This document shows, one piece after another, positions 46,826 through 59,185 of a DNA stretch of 64,000 nucleotides. Under the pieces are notes generated by a model. That model made no database searches. It saw only the letters and a program-made list of their open reading frames with translations, and was not told where the DNA came from. Both the position numbers and the translations under genes were made by a program. Every line of letters starts with the position of its first letter. Positions within the stretch are counted from its first letter, which is position 1. This DNA is from Akkermansia sp. GTDB lineage: Bacteria > Verrucomicrobiota > Verrucomicrobiia > Verrucomicrobiales > Akkermansiaceae. The stretch is taken from contig JAUNNT010000001.1 in the NCBI GenBank assembly GCA_030531305.1, positions 9,830 to 73,829 on the forward strand, in the 5' to 3' direction.

Positions 46826-47385
46826 TGACCCAGTACTACACAGCAGAGCTTGGCGGCGAGCGCCAAGGCCCGTTCACCGCCGAACAGGTGGCGGACATGG
46901 TGCGCTCCGGCCGCATCACCGCCAACACGGTTTTCTGGCGTCCCGGCATGCCGGAGTGGCAGCGCATCGCCGCCTTCCCCATGCCCACGCAGAAATACAA
47001 TCTCGTGAACGCTACCACGGCGGGGCTGCGGCGCGTCGTGCGCTTCTCCGGCCGCTCCAGCCGCGCGGAGTTCTGGTTCTTCGCGCTCGCCGTGTTCATC
47101 TTCTTCATCGCGATCCTCATCATCAACAGCTGCATTGCCAACAGCGCCTATTTCGCCATGCAGGAAAACGTCTACACCGTTTCCTTCTTGTTCATGGTCT
47201 ACTGCGCGGTGGCATTGGTGGCCGCCGCCGTGCGCCGCCTCCACGATGCCGAGCTGACCTCCCTGCTGATGCTGTTCCTGCTCGTCCCCCTGTTCGGGCC
47301 GTTGGGGTTGGTGCCCTTCCTCCTTTTCCCCCCGCAAGACAACGCCAACCCGTACGGCGCCCGCCCCCTCGCACCCAACGAATAG
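46825..47385 (+). CDS. GYF_2/DUF4339 + DUF805 membrane protein
   Basis: RQGPFT...V...I...T.FWRPGMPEW; FSGRSSRAEFW and VRRLHDA motifs. TGATG coupling to the upstream gene. Confidence 0.85.
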   Translation: MTQYYTAELGGERQGPFTAEQVADMVRSGRITANTVFWRPGMPEWQRIAAFPMPTQKYNLVNATTAGLRRVVRFSGRSSRAEFWFFALAVFIFFIAILIINSCIANSAYFAMQENVYTVSFLFMVYCAVALVAAAVRRLHDAELTSLLMLFLLVPLFGPLGLVPFLLFPPQDNANPYGARPLAPNE

Positions 47386-47439
47386 GCCCCGGTAAAAACG
47401 TGATTGACATCATGCGCGGATTGCCGTTCAATGGTGGGC

Positions 47440-48390
47440 ATGGAATATCGCAGATGCGGGGATAGCGGGGTGCTGCTGCCGGAGGTTTCGCTCGGGCTGT
47501 GGCACAATTTCGGTGACGGTGACGACCTCGCGGAGGGGCGCGCGCTCATCGCACGGGCGCTGGAGCTGGGCGTGTGCCACTTCGACTTGGCCAACAACTA
47601 CGGCCCGCCTCCCGGCGCGGCCGAGGAAAGGTTCGGCAACCTCCTGCAAAACGAGTTCGCCGCGCACCGCGACGAGATGTTCATCTCCACCAAGGCGGGC
47701 TACCTGATGTGGGGCGGCCCCTACGGGGACTGGGGTTCCCGCAAGTACCTGGTGGCCAGCCTGAACCAGAGCCTGCGCCGCATGAAGCTGGACTACGTGG
47801 ACGTGTTCTACCACCACCGCCCCGATCCCGAGACGCCGCTGGAGGAGACCATGCAGGCGCTCATCGACATCGTCCGCAGCGGCAAGGCCCTGTACGCCGG
47901 GCTTTCCAACTACCCGCCGGAGCTGTACGCGCGCGCCTGCGCCATGCTGCGGGAGGCGCACGTGCCCTGCCTGCTGCACCAGTTCCGCATGAACCTCATC
48001 GACCGCGAGCCGGGGGCGTCCCGCCTGGCGGAGGCCGTGCGGCAGAAGACCGGCTCCATCGCCTTTTCACCGCTGGCGCAGGGCGTCCTCACAGGCAAGT
48101 ACCTGAACCGCGCCCTGCCGGAAGATTCCCGCGCCGTGCGCGACAACTCGGTCTTCCTGAACCCGGAGCGCGCCCGGCAGAACGATGCCCGCGTGCAGCG
48201 CATCGTGGACATCGCTAATCGCGCGGGCATTCCGCCCACCCAGCTGGCCCTGCGCTGGCTGCTCTGCCAGCCCGGCCTCACCAGCGTGCTCATCGGCGCG
48301 CGCCGCGTCTCCCAGCTGGATGAATGCGCCGCCGCCTCCGCCCAGCCTCCGCTGGCCGCAGACGTCCTCCAGGCTTTGGACGAGGCATAG
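47440..48390 (+). CDS. Aldo/keto reductase (L-glyceraldehyde-3-phosphate reductase YghZ/Gpr-like)
   Basis: YRRCG.SG..LP..SLGLWHNFG, FDLANNYGPPPG, STKAGY.MW.GPYG, SRKYL, YHHRPD, FSPLAQG. Confidence 0.92.
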   Translation: MEYRRCGDSGVLLPEVSLGLWHNFGDGDDLAEGRALIARALELGVCHFDLANNYGPPPGAAEERFGNLLQNEFAAHRDEMFISTKAGYLMWGGPYGDWGSRKYLVASLNQSLRRMKLDYVDVFYHHRPDPETPLEETMQALIDIVRSGKALYAGLSNYPPELYARACAMLREAHVPCLLHQFRMNLIDREPGASRLAEAVRQKTGSIAFSPLAQGVLTGKYLNRALPEDSRAVRDNSVFLNPERARQNDARVQRIVDIANRAGIPPTQLALRWLLCQPGLTSVLIGARRVSQLDECAAASAQPPLAADVLQALDEA

Positions 48391-48408
48391 TTGGCGGCAC
48401 TCACGCGG

Positions 48409-48927
48409 TTAAACCGCGTAGGGGCGGTTGGGCGTGAGGGTGAGGAAGAGCAGGGTCCACCCGGAGAAGATCATCTCCACCGCCACGAGCGTGCCGATCA
48501 GCCAGAGCGAATCCGCCGGCCAGCCCCACGTGACCATCGCGCCCAGCGCCAGGGTCACCAGGGCTCCGAGGAACCGCCAGAACGAGCCCGGCTGGTACAC
48601 CAGACCCACCGCCACCAGCAGCGCCATGCCCAGCAGCAGCGTCCACACCTGCACGGACAACACGGGCATGAGCGCCGTGAACGTGCCCAGCAGCAGGTAC
48701 ACCACGCCCGCGAGCATGTTCCACACGCGGTTGTCGATGTGGCGCATGGCGTACACCACGCGCAGCACGCCCGCGGCTATCAGCACCAAGCCTCCCACCC
48801 ATGCGGCGGAAAGCCCCAGCAGGTACGGGAAGGCCAGCAGGATGAATCCCAGCACCAGCTCCAGCGCGGCCAGCGACCCCGTCATCCACGGATTGGACAC
48901 CGTTTGCAAATCAACAGGCGCTTTCAT
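48409..48927 (-). CDS. HdeD/DUF308 family membrane protein
   Basis: Six hydrophobic segments; WP..S.WLIGTLV.VE.IF.G motif. Confidence 0.8.
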   Translation of the reverse strand: MKAPVDLQTVSNPWMTGSLAALELVLGFILLAFPYLLGLSAAWVGGLVLIAAGVLRVVYAMRHIDNRVWNMLAGVVYLLLGTFTALMPVLSVQVWTLLLGMALLVAVGLVYQPGSFWRFLGALVTLALGAMVTWGWPADSLWLIGTLVAVEMIFSGWTLLFLTLTPNRPYAV

Positions 48928-49564
48928 GCTTTCTCCCTTCCATTCGTTTCAGGGCGGCGGCCCAGTTGGCCTGGCGCAGGAACGCGTCCACGTACCCGGC
49001 GCGGTTGTTGAGGTAGCGCAGGTAGTACGCGTGCTCCCACACGTCGCACACCAGAAGCGGCTTGAAGCCCGACAGCAGGATGTCCTGGTGGCGCTCCACG
49101 CCCAGCACCGTCAGACGGCGGCTCAGGCGCTCGCGTCCCAGCACCGCCCAGCCGCTGCCCTGCACGCCCATGGCCACGCCGCGGAACACGCGCAGGAATC
49201 CGTCGTACCCGCCGAAGGCATCGTTCATGGCATCCGCGAGCGCGCCCGTGGGGCCGTCCTGCGGCTGCGGCGAGATGCTCTCCCAGTACAGGCAGTGCAG
49301 GATGTGCCCGCCGAGGTTGAAGGCAAGCTTGCGCGTGGCGGAGGCCACGGCGGTTTCGTCGTACACGTTGCCGGCCACTTTGCGGATGACTTCCGCGGCG
49401 GCGTTGGCTCCCGCCACATAGGCGGCGTGGTGGCGGTCGTGGTGGGTGCTCACCGTCCGCGCATCCAGCAGCGGCTCCAGCGCATCCGCCTCATACGGCA
49501 GCGGCGGCAGCACATAGCGGCCGTCGGCATACCCCTTTCTGCAGAGACATGATTGTTTGTCCAT
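48911..49564 (-). CDS. sod: Fe/Mn superoxide dismutase
   Basis: LPPLPY..DALEP, HHDRHH..YV, FNLGGH..H..YW, GSGW, DVWEHAYY. Confidence 0.95.
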   Translation of the reverse strand: MDKQSCLCRKGYADGRYVLPPLPYEADALEPLLDARTVSTHHDRHHAAYVAGANAAAEVIRKVAGNVYDETAVASATRKLAFNLGGHILHCLYWESISPQPQDGPTGALADAMNDAFGGYDGFLRVFRGVAMGVQGSGWAVLGRERLSRRLTVLGVERHQDILLSGFKPLLVCDVWEHAYYLRYLNNRAGYVDAFLRQANWAAALKRMEGRKHESAC

Positions 49565-49612
49565 GCCGCCTTGGACGCCCCCACTCTCACCTCTGTTGGA
49601 TAATTGGTAGAA

Positions 49613-53323
<3,711 letters not shown>

Positions 53324-53335
53324 GGGAACGGGTTG

Positions 53336-53360
53336 AAAAAATGCCCCGCCGCGGCGGGGC
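53336..53360 (-). terminator. Intrinsic terminator between nuoA and metH
   Basis: Perfect 18-bp palindrome GCCCCGCCGCGGCGGGGC (53343-60) followed on the minus strand by ATTTTTT. Confidence 0.7.
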
Positions 53361-53391
53361 GTTGGAAAGGGGGCGGAGACTCCGCGCGCAA

Positions 53392-53784
53392 TCAGAACTT
53401 GCGCGGGGCGGGGTTGCGGTGCCAGGTGATGACTCCCTTGCCCACCGCATACAGGTACGCAATCATCAGCACGCCGATGAACACGGCCATGGCGCCGAAC
53501 GCCGCGCCGTTGTTCACGACAAAGTCCTTAAAGCCCAGCGCCCACGGGTACAGGAACACAACCTCCAGGTCGAACACCAGGAACAGGATGGCCACCAGGT
53601 AGAACTTGATGGAGAACATGCCCGGCGCACCGTCGCCCTCCGGCACGTTGCCGCACTCGTACGGCACCTTCATCGCGTTGCGCATCTTCGAGCGCCGCCC
53701 GAACACGATGCTCAACACGATTATCATCCCGGCGAAGCCGAAGCCCGCCACCAACTGGATCAACGCTGAAAAATACTCCTGCAT
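53392..53784 (-). CDS. nuoA: NADH-quinone oxidoreductase subunit A
   Basis: [23 protein letters not shown]...LYPWA; three TM segments. Confidence 0.94.
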   Translation of the reverse strand: MQEYFSALIQLVAGFGFAGMIIVLSIVFGRRSKMRNAMKVPYECGNVPEGDGAPGMFSIKFYLVAILFLVFDLEVVFLYPWALGFKDFVVNNGAAFGAMAVFIGVLMIAYLYAVGKGVITWHRNPAPRKF

Positions 53785-53880
53785 GGTCTGTAAGCGCGCG
53801 CATGTTACCACCCCCGCGCGCGCGTGTCAAGTTTTTTCACTGCCGGTTGCATGTGCCGCGCGGCGTGGTATAATGGGCGC

Positions 53881-54816
53881 GTGATGGGTGACGACCCCGC
53901 AGAGCAGCCCGATGTGGTGGTGGTGCGCTTCCTGGCGTTCATGGAGGCGGAGAAGAACGCGTCCCCGCGCACGCTGGAGGCCTACCGGCGCTCGCTCGGG
54001 CAGTTCCGCGGCTGGATGGGGGAACGCTTCGCCGCGTGGGAGGACTGCGCCACCGGGGATTTCCGCGCCTGGCTGTACGAGGCCTTGGAGCAGGAGCTCA
54101 AGCCCGCCACCATCCGCCTGCGCTTCGCCGCCCTGCGCTCGTTCTACCTCTACCTCATGCGCCGCGAGGGGCTGGCTTCCAACCCGCTGGAGACCCTCGC
54201 CCTGCCCAAGGCGCGCCACAGCCTCCCCGTGCACCTCAACATCTCCCAGATGGAGGAGCTGCTGGCCCTGCCGCTCAACACGCCCGTGGACAAGAAAAGC
54301 CCCGCCTGGCTGCCGCTGCGCGATGCCGCCATCCTGGAGCTGTTCTACTCCTGCGGCATGCGCTTGAGCGAGCTGGTGAGCCTGAACGAGGACGCCCTGC
54401 AGGCCGATGCCGACTGCGTGCGCGTGCTGGGCAAGGGCCGCAAGGTGCGCCTCATCCCCGTGGGCGACTACGCGCGAGAGGCCATCGAACGGTACCGCGA
54501 GCTCGCCGGGCTGGAGCCGCGGGGGCCGCTCTTCATCAGCCGCCTGCGCCGCCGCATGACCGGCCGCAGCATCCAGCTCATGCTCGACAAGTACCTGCGC
54601 ATCTCCAGCATCCCCTTCCACATCTCCCCCCACAAGTTGCGCCACACCTTCGCCACCCACATGCTGGACGCCGGGGCGGACCTGCGCTCCGTGCAGGAGC
54701 TCCTAGGCCACGCCTCCCTCTCCACCACGCAAATCTACACCCACGTCACCAAGGCACGCCTCAAGGAGGCCTACCTCAAGGCACACCCCCGCGCCGATTG
54801 GAACCAGGGGGAATAG
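53881..54816 (+). CDS. xerC: Tyrosine recombinase XerC/XerD family
   Basis: S.RTL.AY, LRD.AILELFYSCGMR.SEL, GKG.K.R, HKLRHTFATH, LLGHASLSTTQIYTHV. Confidence 0.88.
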   Translation: MMGDDPAEQPDVVVVRFLAFMEAEKNASPRTLEAYRRSLGQFRGWMGERFAAWEDCATGDFRAWLYEALEQELKPATIRLRFAALRSFYLYLMRREGLASNPLETLALPKARHSLPVHLNISQMEELLALPLNTPVDKKSPAWLPLRDAAILELFYSCGMRLSELVSLNEDALQADADCVRVLGKGRKVRLIPVGDYAREAIERYRELAGLEPRGPLFISRLRRRMTGRSIQLMLDKYLRISSIPFHISPHKLRHTFATHMLDAGADLRSVQELLGHASLSTTQIYTHVTKARLKEAYLKAHPRADWNQGE

Positions 54817-54847
54817 GCGCTCGGAGAGGTGCTGCCCTTGATTCGGT

Positions 54848-54950
54848 GCCGCCTCACGGCACCTCACCCCCTGCGGGGGCAAACGCGCTTCGCGGTTTGT
54901 CCAATCCGCCTTACCGCGCCGCAAGCGGCGCGCCCCTCCGGGGGCCGTCG
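54848..54950. repeat. Cluster of short GC-rich hairpins (REP-like)
   Basis: GGTGCCG-n5-CGGCACC, CCCC-TGC-GGGG, CAAAC...GTTTG, GCGCCGC-AA-GCGGCGC, CCCC-TCC-GGGG. Confidence 0.6.
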
Positions 54951-54956
54951 GCGGCT

Positions 54957-55066
54957 TTGGCGTGTATCCACCCCGCACAAGGCGGGGTTCCGTGGTGGGT
55001 ATGCGAGGGTGGTCAACCCCACGGTTCTACCGTGGGCTAAAAAATGTTGAGCCTCCTATGAGGCTC
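54957..55066 (-). repeat. Three-hairpin dispersed repeat, copy A (left arm of REPIN-like inverted pair)
   Basis: Reverse complement reads GAGCCTC-ATAG-GAGGCTC-AAC..TAGCCCACGG-TAGAA-CCGTGGG...CCCACCACGGAAC-CCCGC...GCGGGGTGGATACACGCCAA. Confidence 0.85.
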
Positions 55067-55164
55067 CCATATAGCCGCGCCATTCGGCGCGGAAGCGGAT
55101 GCGTTTCATCTGGCAACATGCCAGATGAAACATATTGTTGCGCGGCTCCGCCGCGCCTAGCTTT

Positions 55165-55277
55165 GAGCCACCTTGGTGGCGTCAACTTTTCCTAGCCCCG
55201 GGCGAAACCCGGGGGCATAACCACCCATGCATACCCACCACGGAACGCCCCCGTATGGGGGTGTGGATACACGCCAA
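55165..55277 (+). repeat. Three-hairpin dispersed repeat, copy B (right arm)
   Basis: GAGCCAC-CTTG-GTGGCGTC-AAC..TAGCCCCGGG-CGAAA-CCCGGGG...CCCACCACGGAAC-GCCCCC-GTAT-GGGGGTGTGGATACACGCCAA. Confidence 0.85.
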
Positions 55278-55365
55278 GGGTGGCAGCTCTCCGAGCGTTG
55301 TTTTTTTGCCGCGTTGCAATGCGGCAGTTTATGTTCCACCCATACCCCCCCCTCGGCACGCCAAT

Positions 55366-55396
55366 AAAAAACCGCCCGGCGCAAACCGGGCGGTTT
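55366..55396 (-). terminator. Intrinsic terminator of rplY
   Basis: Stem AAACCGCCCGG / CCGGGCGGTTT with an A-tract on + (U-tract on -). Confidence 0.8.
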
Positions 55397-55421
55397 CGGG
55401 TTGAATGATGATGTCTGCGCG

Positions 55422-55973
55422 TTAGGGCTTCACCACAGAGGCGAGCACCACCGTGCCGTTGTACGGCGTGGTCACGTTCGCGGGAAGCTCCACCTGCGCC
55501 ATGCGCAGGGACTCGTCCAGCTGCAGCGCGGAGATGTCCGCCTTCACGCAGCAGGGAATGTCCTTCACCGCGCACTTGACCGGCAGGTCATAGATGATCT
55601 GGCTCACCTGGCCGCCCATGGCCACGCCCGCGGGCGTGCCGGTCAGCTTCACCTGAACCTTCGTCTTCACCACGGTCTCGGGAGTCACCGCCTGGAAGTC
55701 CAGGTGCGTCACGCCGTCCTTCAGCCAGTTGCGCTGAATGTCCTTCACCAGTGCAAGAACCGCCTTGCCGTCCAGATCCAGGTTCACCAGGATGCTGTCG
55801 TTGTCGGCCTCGTTGAGCAGGACGCGCACGTCCGCGGCCTTCGCCTGCACGTTGATGTTCTCCTGTCCGTTGCCGTAGATCACGCCGGGGATGATGTCCT
55901 GGGCGCGGAGGGCGTTCAGCTTGCCGGTTCCGACTGCCTCGCGCTTGCTTACCTTGAGGGTATGCTTCGTCAT
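55422..55973 (-). CDS. rplY: 50S ribosomal protein L25/general stress protein Ctc
   Basis: R...G....ALR....IPGVIYG, LVKDIQR......H.DFQ, GTPAGV..GG, C....IP. Confidence 0.94.
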   Translation of the reverse strand: MTKHTLKVSKREAVGTGKLNALRAQDIIPGVIYGNGQENINVQAKAADVRVLLNEADNDSILVNLDLDGKAVLALVKDIQRNWLKDGVTHLDFQAVTPETVVKTKVQVKLTGTPAGVAMGGQVSQIIYDLPVKCAVKDIPCCVKADISALQLDESLRMAQVELPANVTTPYNGTVVLASVVKP

Positions 55974-56247
55974 TTTCTTATGTCTTTCTATTTTGTTTGA
56001 AATGATGGTTTGTTTGGAGTTCATCCGACGTCGGTGAGCGGCTGTGTCTCACCCGCCGGGATAGCACGCCCATGCCAGCGTGACAAAGGCGGACCCCCAA
56101 TTTAGCCCCCATTTCGGAAATGTCAAGGAAAATTCGTAAAAATCAACCTAAATTTCATGCATTCAGCCCAAAACGGTGTGGGCCGGTGTGGGCGTGCGTA
56201 ACCAATCCCACCCGTTGACACCAATCAATTCACCCACCCCCGCCAAC

Positions 56248-56276
56248 AAAAAAGGCGCAGGGGAACCTGCGCCTTT
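56248..56276 (-). terminator. Intrinsic terminator of the flavodoxin gene
   Basis: Stem AAAGGCGCAGG / CCTGCGCCTTT, 4-nt loop, A-tract on +. Confidence 0.8.
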
Positions 56277-56300
56277 CGGGAAAAATCCTGTTTGCAACCG

Positions 56301-56900
56301 TTACTTGCGGATGGTGACAATGGAATCCACCCAGTCGGTGACGGATTGCTTGGAATCGCCGATGGTGGCGCCGGGGAAGGCACCGCCCTTCAGCACGGCG
56401 GCCTTGGAGAGCAGCTCCGCGGCGTCCTTCTCGCAGCGCGCCATGCCGCCGCTGCCGTGCGTCACGAACAGCGCCACCTTCTTGCCCGTGAAGTTGTGCT
56501 TCGTCAGGAAGGTGCGGACGGGCGGCGCTATCGAGCTCCACCAGTTGGGCGTGCCCACAAAGATGAGGTCGTACTTGGTCAAATCAATGCTGGCGGGCTT
56601 GATGGCGGGGGTCTGCTCCTGCTGCACCTCGTCCTTGGCCTGTTTCACGCATGCATTGTAGTCGGACGGGTAGGGCTTGGCGGGCGTTATCTCCAGCAGG
56701 GTGCCGCCGGTGTGCTCCGCTATGTACTCCGCGGCCTTGCGCGTGTTGCCACTCCACGAGTAGTACACCACGAGCACGCGCTCCTTGTCCACCACGGGCT
56801 TTTCCGGCGCCGCGGCATCCGTCTGCTGGGCCGTGGCGTTGTCTGCTATCAGGGCTGCGGCGGCGGCCAGCGCCGCGAATATCTTGGCTATCGTTTTCAT
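56301..56900 (-). CDS. Flavodoxin (Flavodoxin_4 type) with N-terminal signal peptide
   Basis: VVYYSWSGNT, YDLIFVGTPNWW, PPV.TFL, F.THG.GG; Ala-rich signal peptide. Confidence 0.9.
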   Translation of the reverse strand: MKTIAKIFAALAAAAALIADNATAQQTDAAAPEKPVVDKERVLVVYYSWSGNTRKAAEYIAEHTGGTLLEITPAKPYPSDYNACVKQAKDEVQQEQTPAIKPASIDLTKYDLIFVGTPNWWSSIAPPVRTFLTKHNFTGKKVALFVTHGSGGMARCEKDAAELLSKAAVLKGGAFPGATIGDSKQSVTDWVDSIVTIRK

Positions 56901-57050
56901 TGAAACAGGGGGTGACGCGCGCATTTTACCAACTTGCCTGCCCCTTGCAAGCGAAATTTGAGCATGCATGTCAAAATGGCGCACAAAATTCTCCCGCCCT
57001 CCCAAGAATCGGCTTGCGGCGGCGCGGCGGGTGTGTTAGGATACGCGCGT

Positions 57051-57749
57051 ATGAATACGCGTTTCACCCACCGTTCCGCCAAAGGCTTTACCCTTATCGA
57101 GCTCCTTGTGGTCATCGCCATCCTGGCCACCATCGCCGGCATTGCCTTCCCCGTCTACATGTCCGTTCAGGAGAACGCCAAGAAGACGGCCGCCAAGAAG
57201 GGCTGCACGGACCTGGTGGAGGCCTGCACCCGATACTCCCAGGACTACAACGGCATGATGCCCTACGACACCCGCGCCACACAGCCCGACGAGCAGGACC
57301 AGATCTACCTCACCACCGAGGGCGACAAGGACGCACGCCTGATTGCCGTGCTGACCAACCGCGAGGGTGACGACGCCGACCGCATCAACACCACGCACGA
57401 TACCTACCTGCGCGCGGACGAGCAGGCCGCCAAGCTCAACGGCCTTTATGTGAAGGACGACGACATCGGCTACTACGACGCCTGGGGCAAGCCGTACTAC
57501 GTGACCATCAACGAGACGGACGAGGGCGCCTTCGACCCCTTCGACGAGAAGAACCGCGTGCGCGGCAAGAAGTGCCTCGTCTACAGCACCGGCCCCAACA
57601 TGGAGGGCGTCGCCGCCCCGCACAACACCCAGCCAAAGGCCAAGAAGTCCTCCAAGAAGGGCGGCAAGAAAAACAAGAAGAACGCCGTGGATGAGGAATA
57701 CCTCGAGCAGATCGAGGACAACATCTACTCCTGGAAGAGCGTCAAGTGA
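57051..57749 (+). CDS. Prepilin-type N-terminal cleavage/methylation protein (type II secretion/type IV pilin-like)
   Basis: KG|FTLIELLVVIAILATIAGIAFP; D.WG.PY and YS.GP motifs typical of GspG-like proteins. Confidence 0.9.
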   Translation: MNTRFTHRSAKGFTLIELLVVIAILATIAGIAFPVYMSVQENAKKTAAKKGCTDLVEACTRYSQDYNGMMPYDTRATQPDEQDQIYLTTEGDKDARLIAVLTNREGDDADRINTTHDTYLRADEQAAKLNGLYVKDDDIGYYDAWGKPYYVTINETDEGAFDPFDEKNRVRGKKCLVYSTGPNMEGVAAPHNTQPKAKKSSKKGGKKNKKNAVDEEYLEQIEDNIYSWKSVK

Positions 57750-58807
57750 ACAATCCGTTCCTTACAGACGACGTCCGCATCACGGACATCCGCCCGCTGA
57801 TTTCCCCGGCCATCCTGATGCAGGATTTCCCGGCTTCGGATGAGGCCCAGAAGCTCGTGTTCGACGCCCGCGCGGCGTTCCGCAAAATCCTCAAGGGAGA
57901 GGACGACCGCCTCGCGGTCATGGTCGGCCCCTGTTCCATCCACGACACCGTGGCGGCCATCGACTACGCCCAGCGCCTGGCGGAGGTGCGCCGCAAGTAT
58001 GAGGACGACCTGCTCGTCTTCATGCGCGTGTACTTTGAGAAGCCCCGCACCACCGTGGGCTGGAAGGGGCTCATCAACGACCCCTACATGGACGGCACGT
58101 ACAACATCAACAGCGGCCTGCGCATCGCGCGCGGCCTGCTGGTGCGCCTGGCGGAAATGGGCGTGCCCGCCGCCACCGAGTTCCTGGATGTCATCACACC
58201 GCAGTACATCAGCGATCTGGTGTCCTGGGGCGCCATCGGCGCACGCACCACGGAAAGCCAGGTCCACCGCGAGCTCGCCAGCGGCCTCTCCATGCCCATC
58301 GGCTTCAAGAACGGCACCTCCGGAAACATGCAGATCGCCGTGGACGGCATCATCTCCGCCGCTCACCCCCACAGCTTCCTCTCCGTCACCAAGCAGGGCG
58401 TCTCCGCCATCGTCTCCACCGCAGGGAACGACAGCTGCCACATCATCCTCCGCGGCTCATCCCAAGGCCCCAACTTCGGCGAGGAATTCGTCGCCAAGGC
58501 CTGGAACATCCAGCAGCGCGCAGGTATCGACAGCCGTATCATGATCGACTGCTCACACGGCAACAGCCACAAGAAGTGGCAGGAGCAGCCCGACGTCGCC
58601 GCCGACATCGCACGCCAGCTCGCCGCCGGCTCCCGGTGCATCGGCTCCGTCATGATTGAAAGCAACCTCTGCTCCGGCAACCAGAAGTGCCAAAAGCCCC
58701 TCAAGTACGGCGTCAGCATCACCGATGCCTGCATCGACTGGGACGGCACCCTCGCCATGCTCGATACCCTCGCCAAAGGCGTCCGCTCCCGCAGAAACGC
58801 CAAATGA
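57746..58807 (+). CDS. aroG: 3-deoxy-7-phosphoheptulonate (DAHP) synthase, class I alpha
   Basis: GPCSIHD, MRVYFEKPRTTVGWKGLINDP, AIGARTTESQVHRELASG, IGFKNGT, DCSHGNS, SITDACI. Confidence 0.95.
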   Translation: MNNPFLTDDVRITDIRPLISPAILMQDFPASDEAQKLVFDARAAFRKILKGEDDRLAVMVGPCSIHDTVAAIDYAQRLAEVRRKYEDDLLVFMRVYFEKPRTTVGWKGLINDPYMDGTYNINSGLRIARGLLVRLAEMGVPAATEFLDVITPQYISDLVSWGAIGARTTESQVHRELASGLSMPIGFKNGTSGNMQIAVDGIISAAHPHSFLSVTKQGVSAIVSTAGNDSCHIILRGSSQGPNFGEEFVAKAWNIQQRAGIDSRIMIDCSHGNSHKKWQEQPDVAADIARQLAAGSRCIGSVMIESNLCSGNQKCQKPLKYGVSITDACIDWDGTLAMLDTLAKGVRSRRNAK

Positions 58808-58902
58808 CCCGCCCCGCCAATTTTGAGCCGCCTTGTCGGTGACAACCTTTTCCCCGCAGGCCACGGCGTAGCTTTAGCGTAGACGGAAGGCGCGCTCTGA
58901 TA

Positions 58903-59013
58903 GAGCCACTCAGGTGGCGAACTCAAATTTAGCCCCAGGTGGAAACCTGGGGGGTGTCCCCGTACGCCATCCCACCACGTAACCCCGCCCCGTGCGGGGT
59001 GGATACACGCCAA
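58903..59013 (+). repeat. Three-hairpin dispersed repeat, copy C (plus a degenerate first-hairpin unit at 58822-58851)
   Basis: GAGCCAC-TCAG-GTGGCG..TCAAA-TTTAGCCCCAGG-TGGAAA-CCTGGGG...CCCACCACGTAAC-CCCGC-CCCGT-GCGGGGTGGATACACGCCAA. Confidence 0.85.
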
Positions 59014-59185
59014 CGCATGTCTACCCACCACCCCTGTTCCCGCCAATCAACCACCCGAAATTTTCTTCGCCCCTTACGCATTGGCATTGCGTGCCTTGCA
59101 AACCCGCCGCGATTTTTTTTGAAAAAAATGCATTTTTTGTTGTGCATTTCGCCTTTTGGGTGCTTAATGGGGTATAGACAAGCGC

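Noticed and set aside
49580-49612. Fur/PerR box upstream of sod (GATAATTGGTAGAATC)
   Set aside because: Only one half-site matches.
53881-55277. xerC as the integrase of the adjacent repeat element
   Set aside because: The protein looks like housekeeping XerC/D, other repeat copies lie far from it, and no att-like direct repeats were seen.
54820-55400. Possible CRISPR array or known ncRNA (RNase P, tmRNA, SRP, tRNA) in the hairpin-rich gap
   Set aside because: No identical direct repeats with unique spacers and no cas genes. Hallmark sequences such as GAGGAAAGTCC or a T-loop/CCA cloverleaf were not found.
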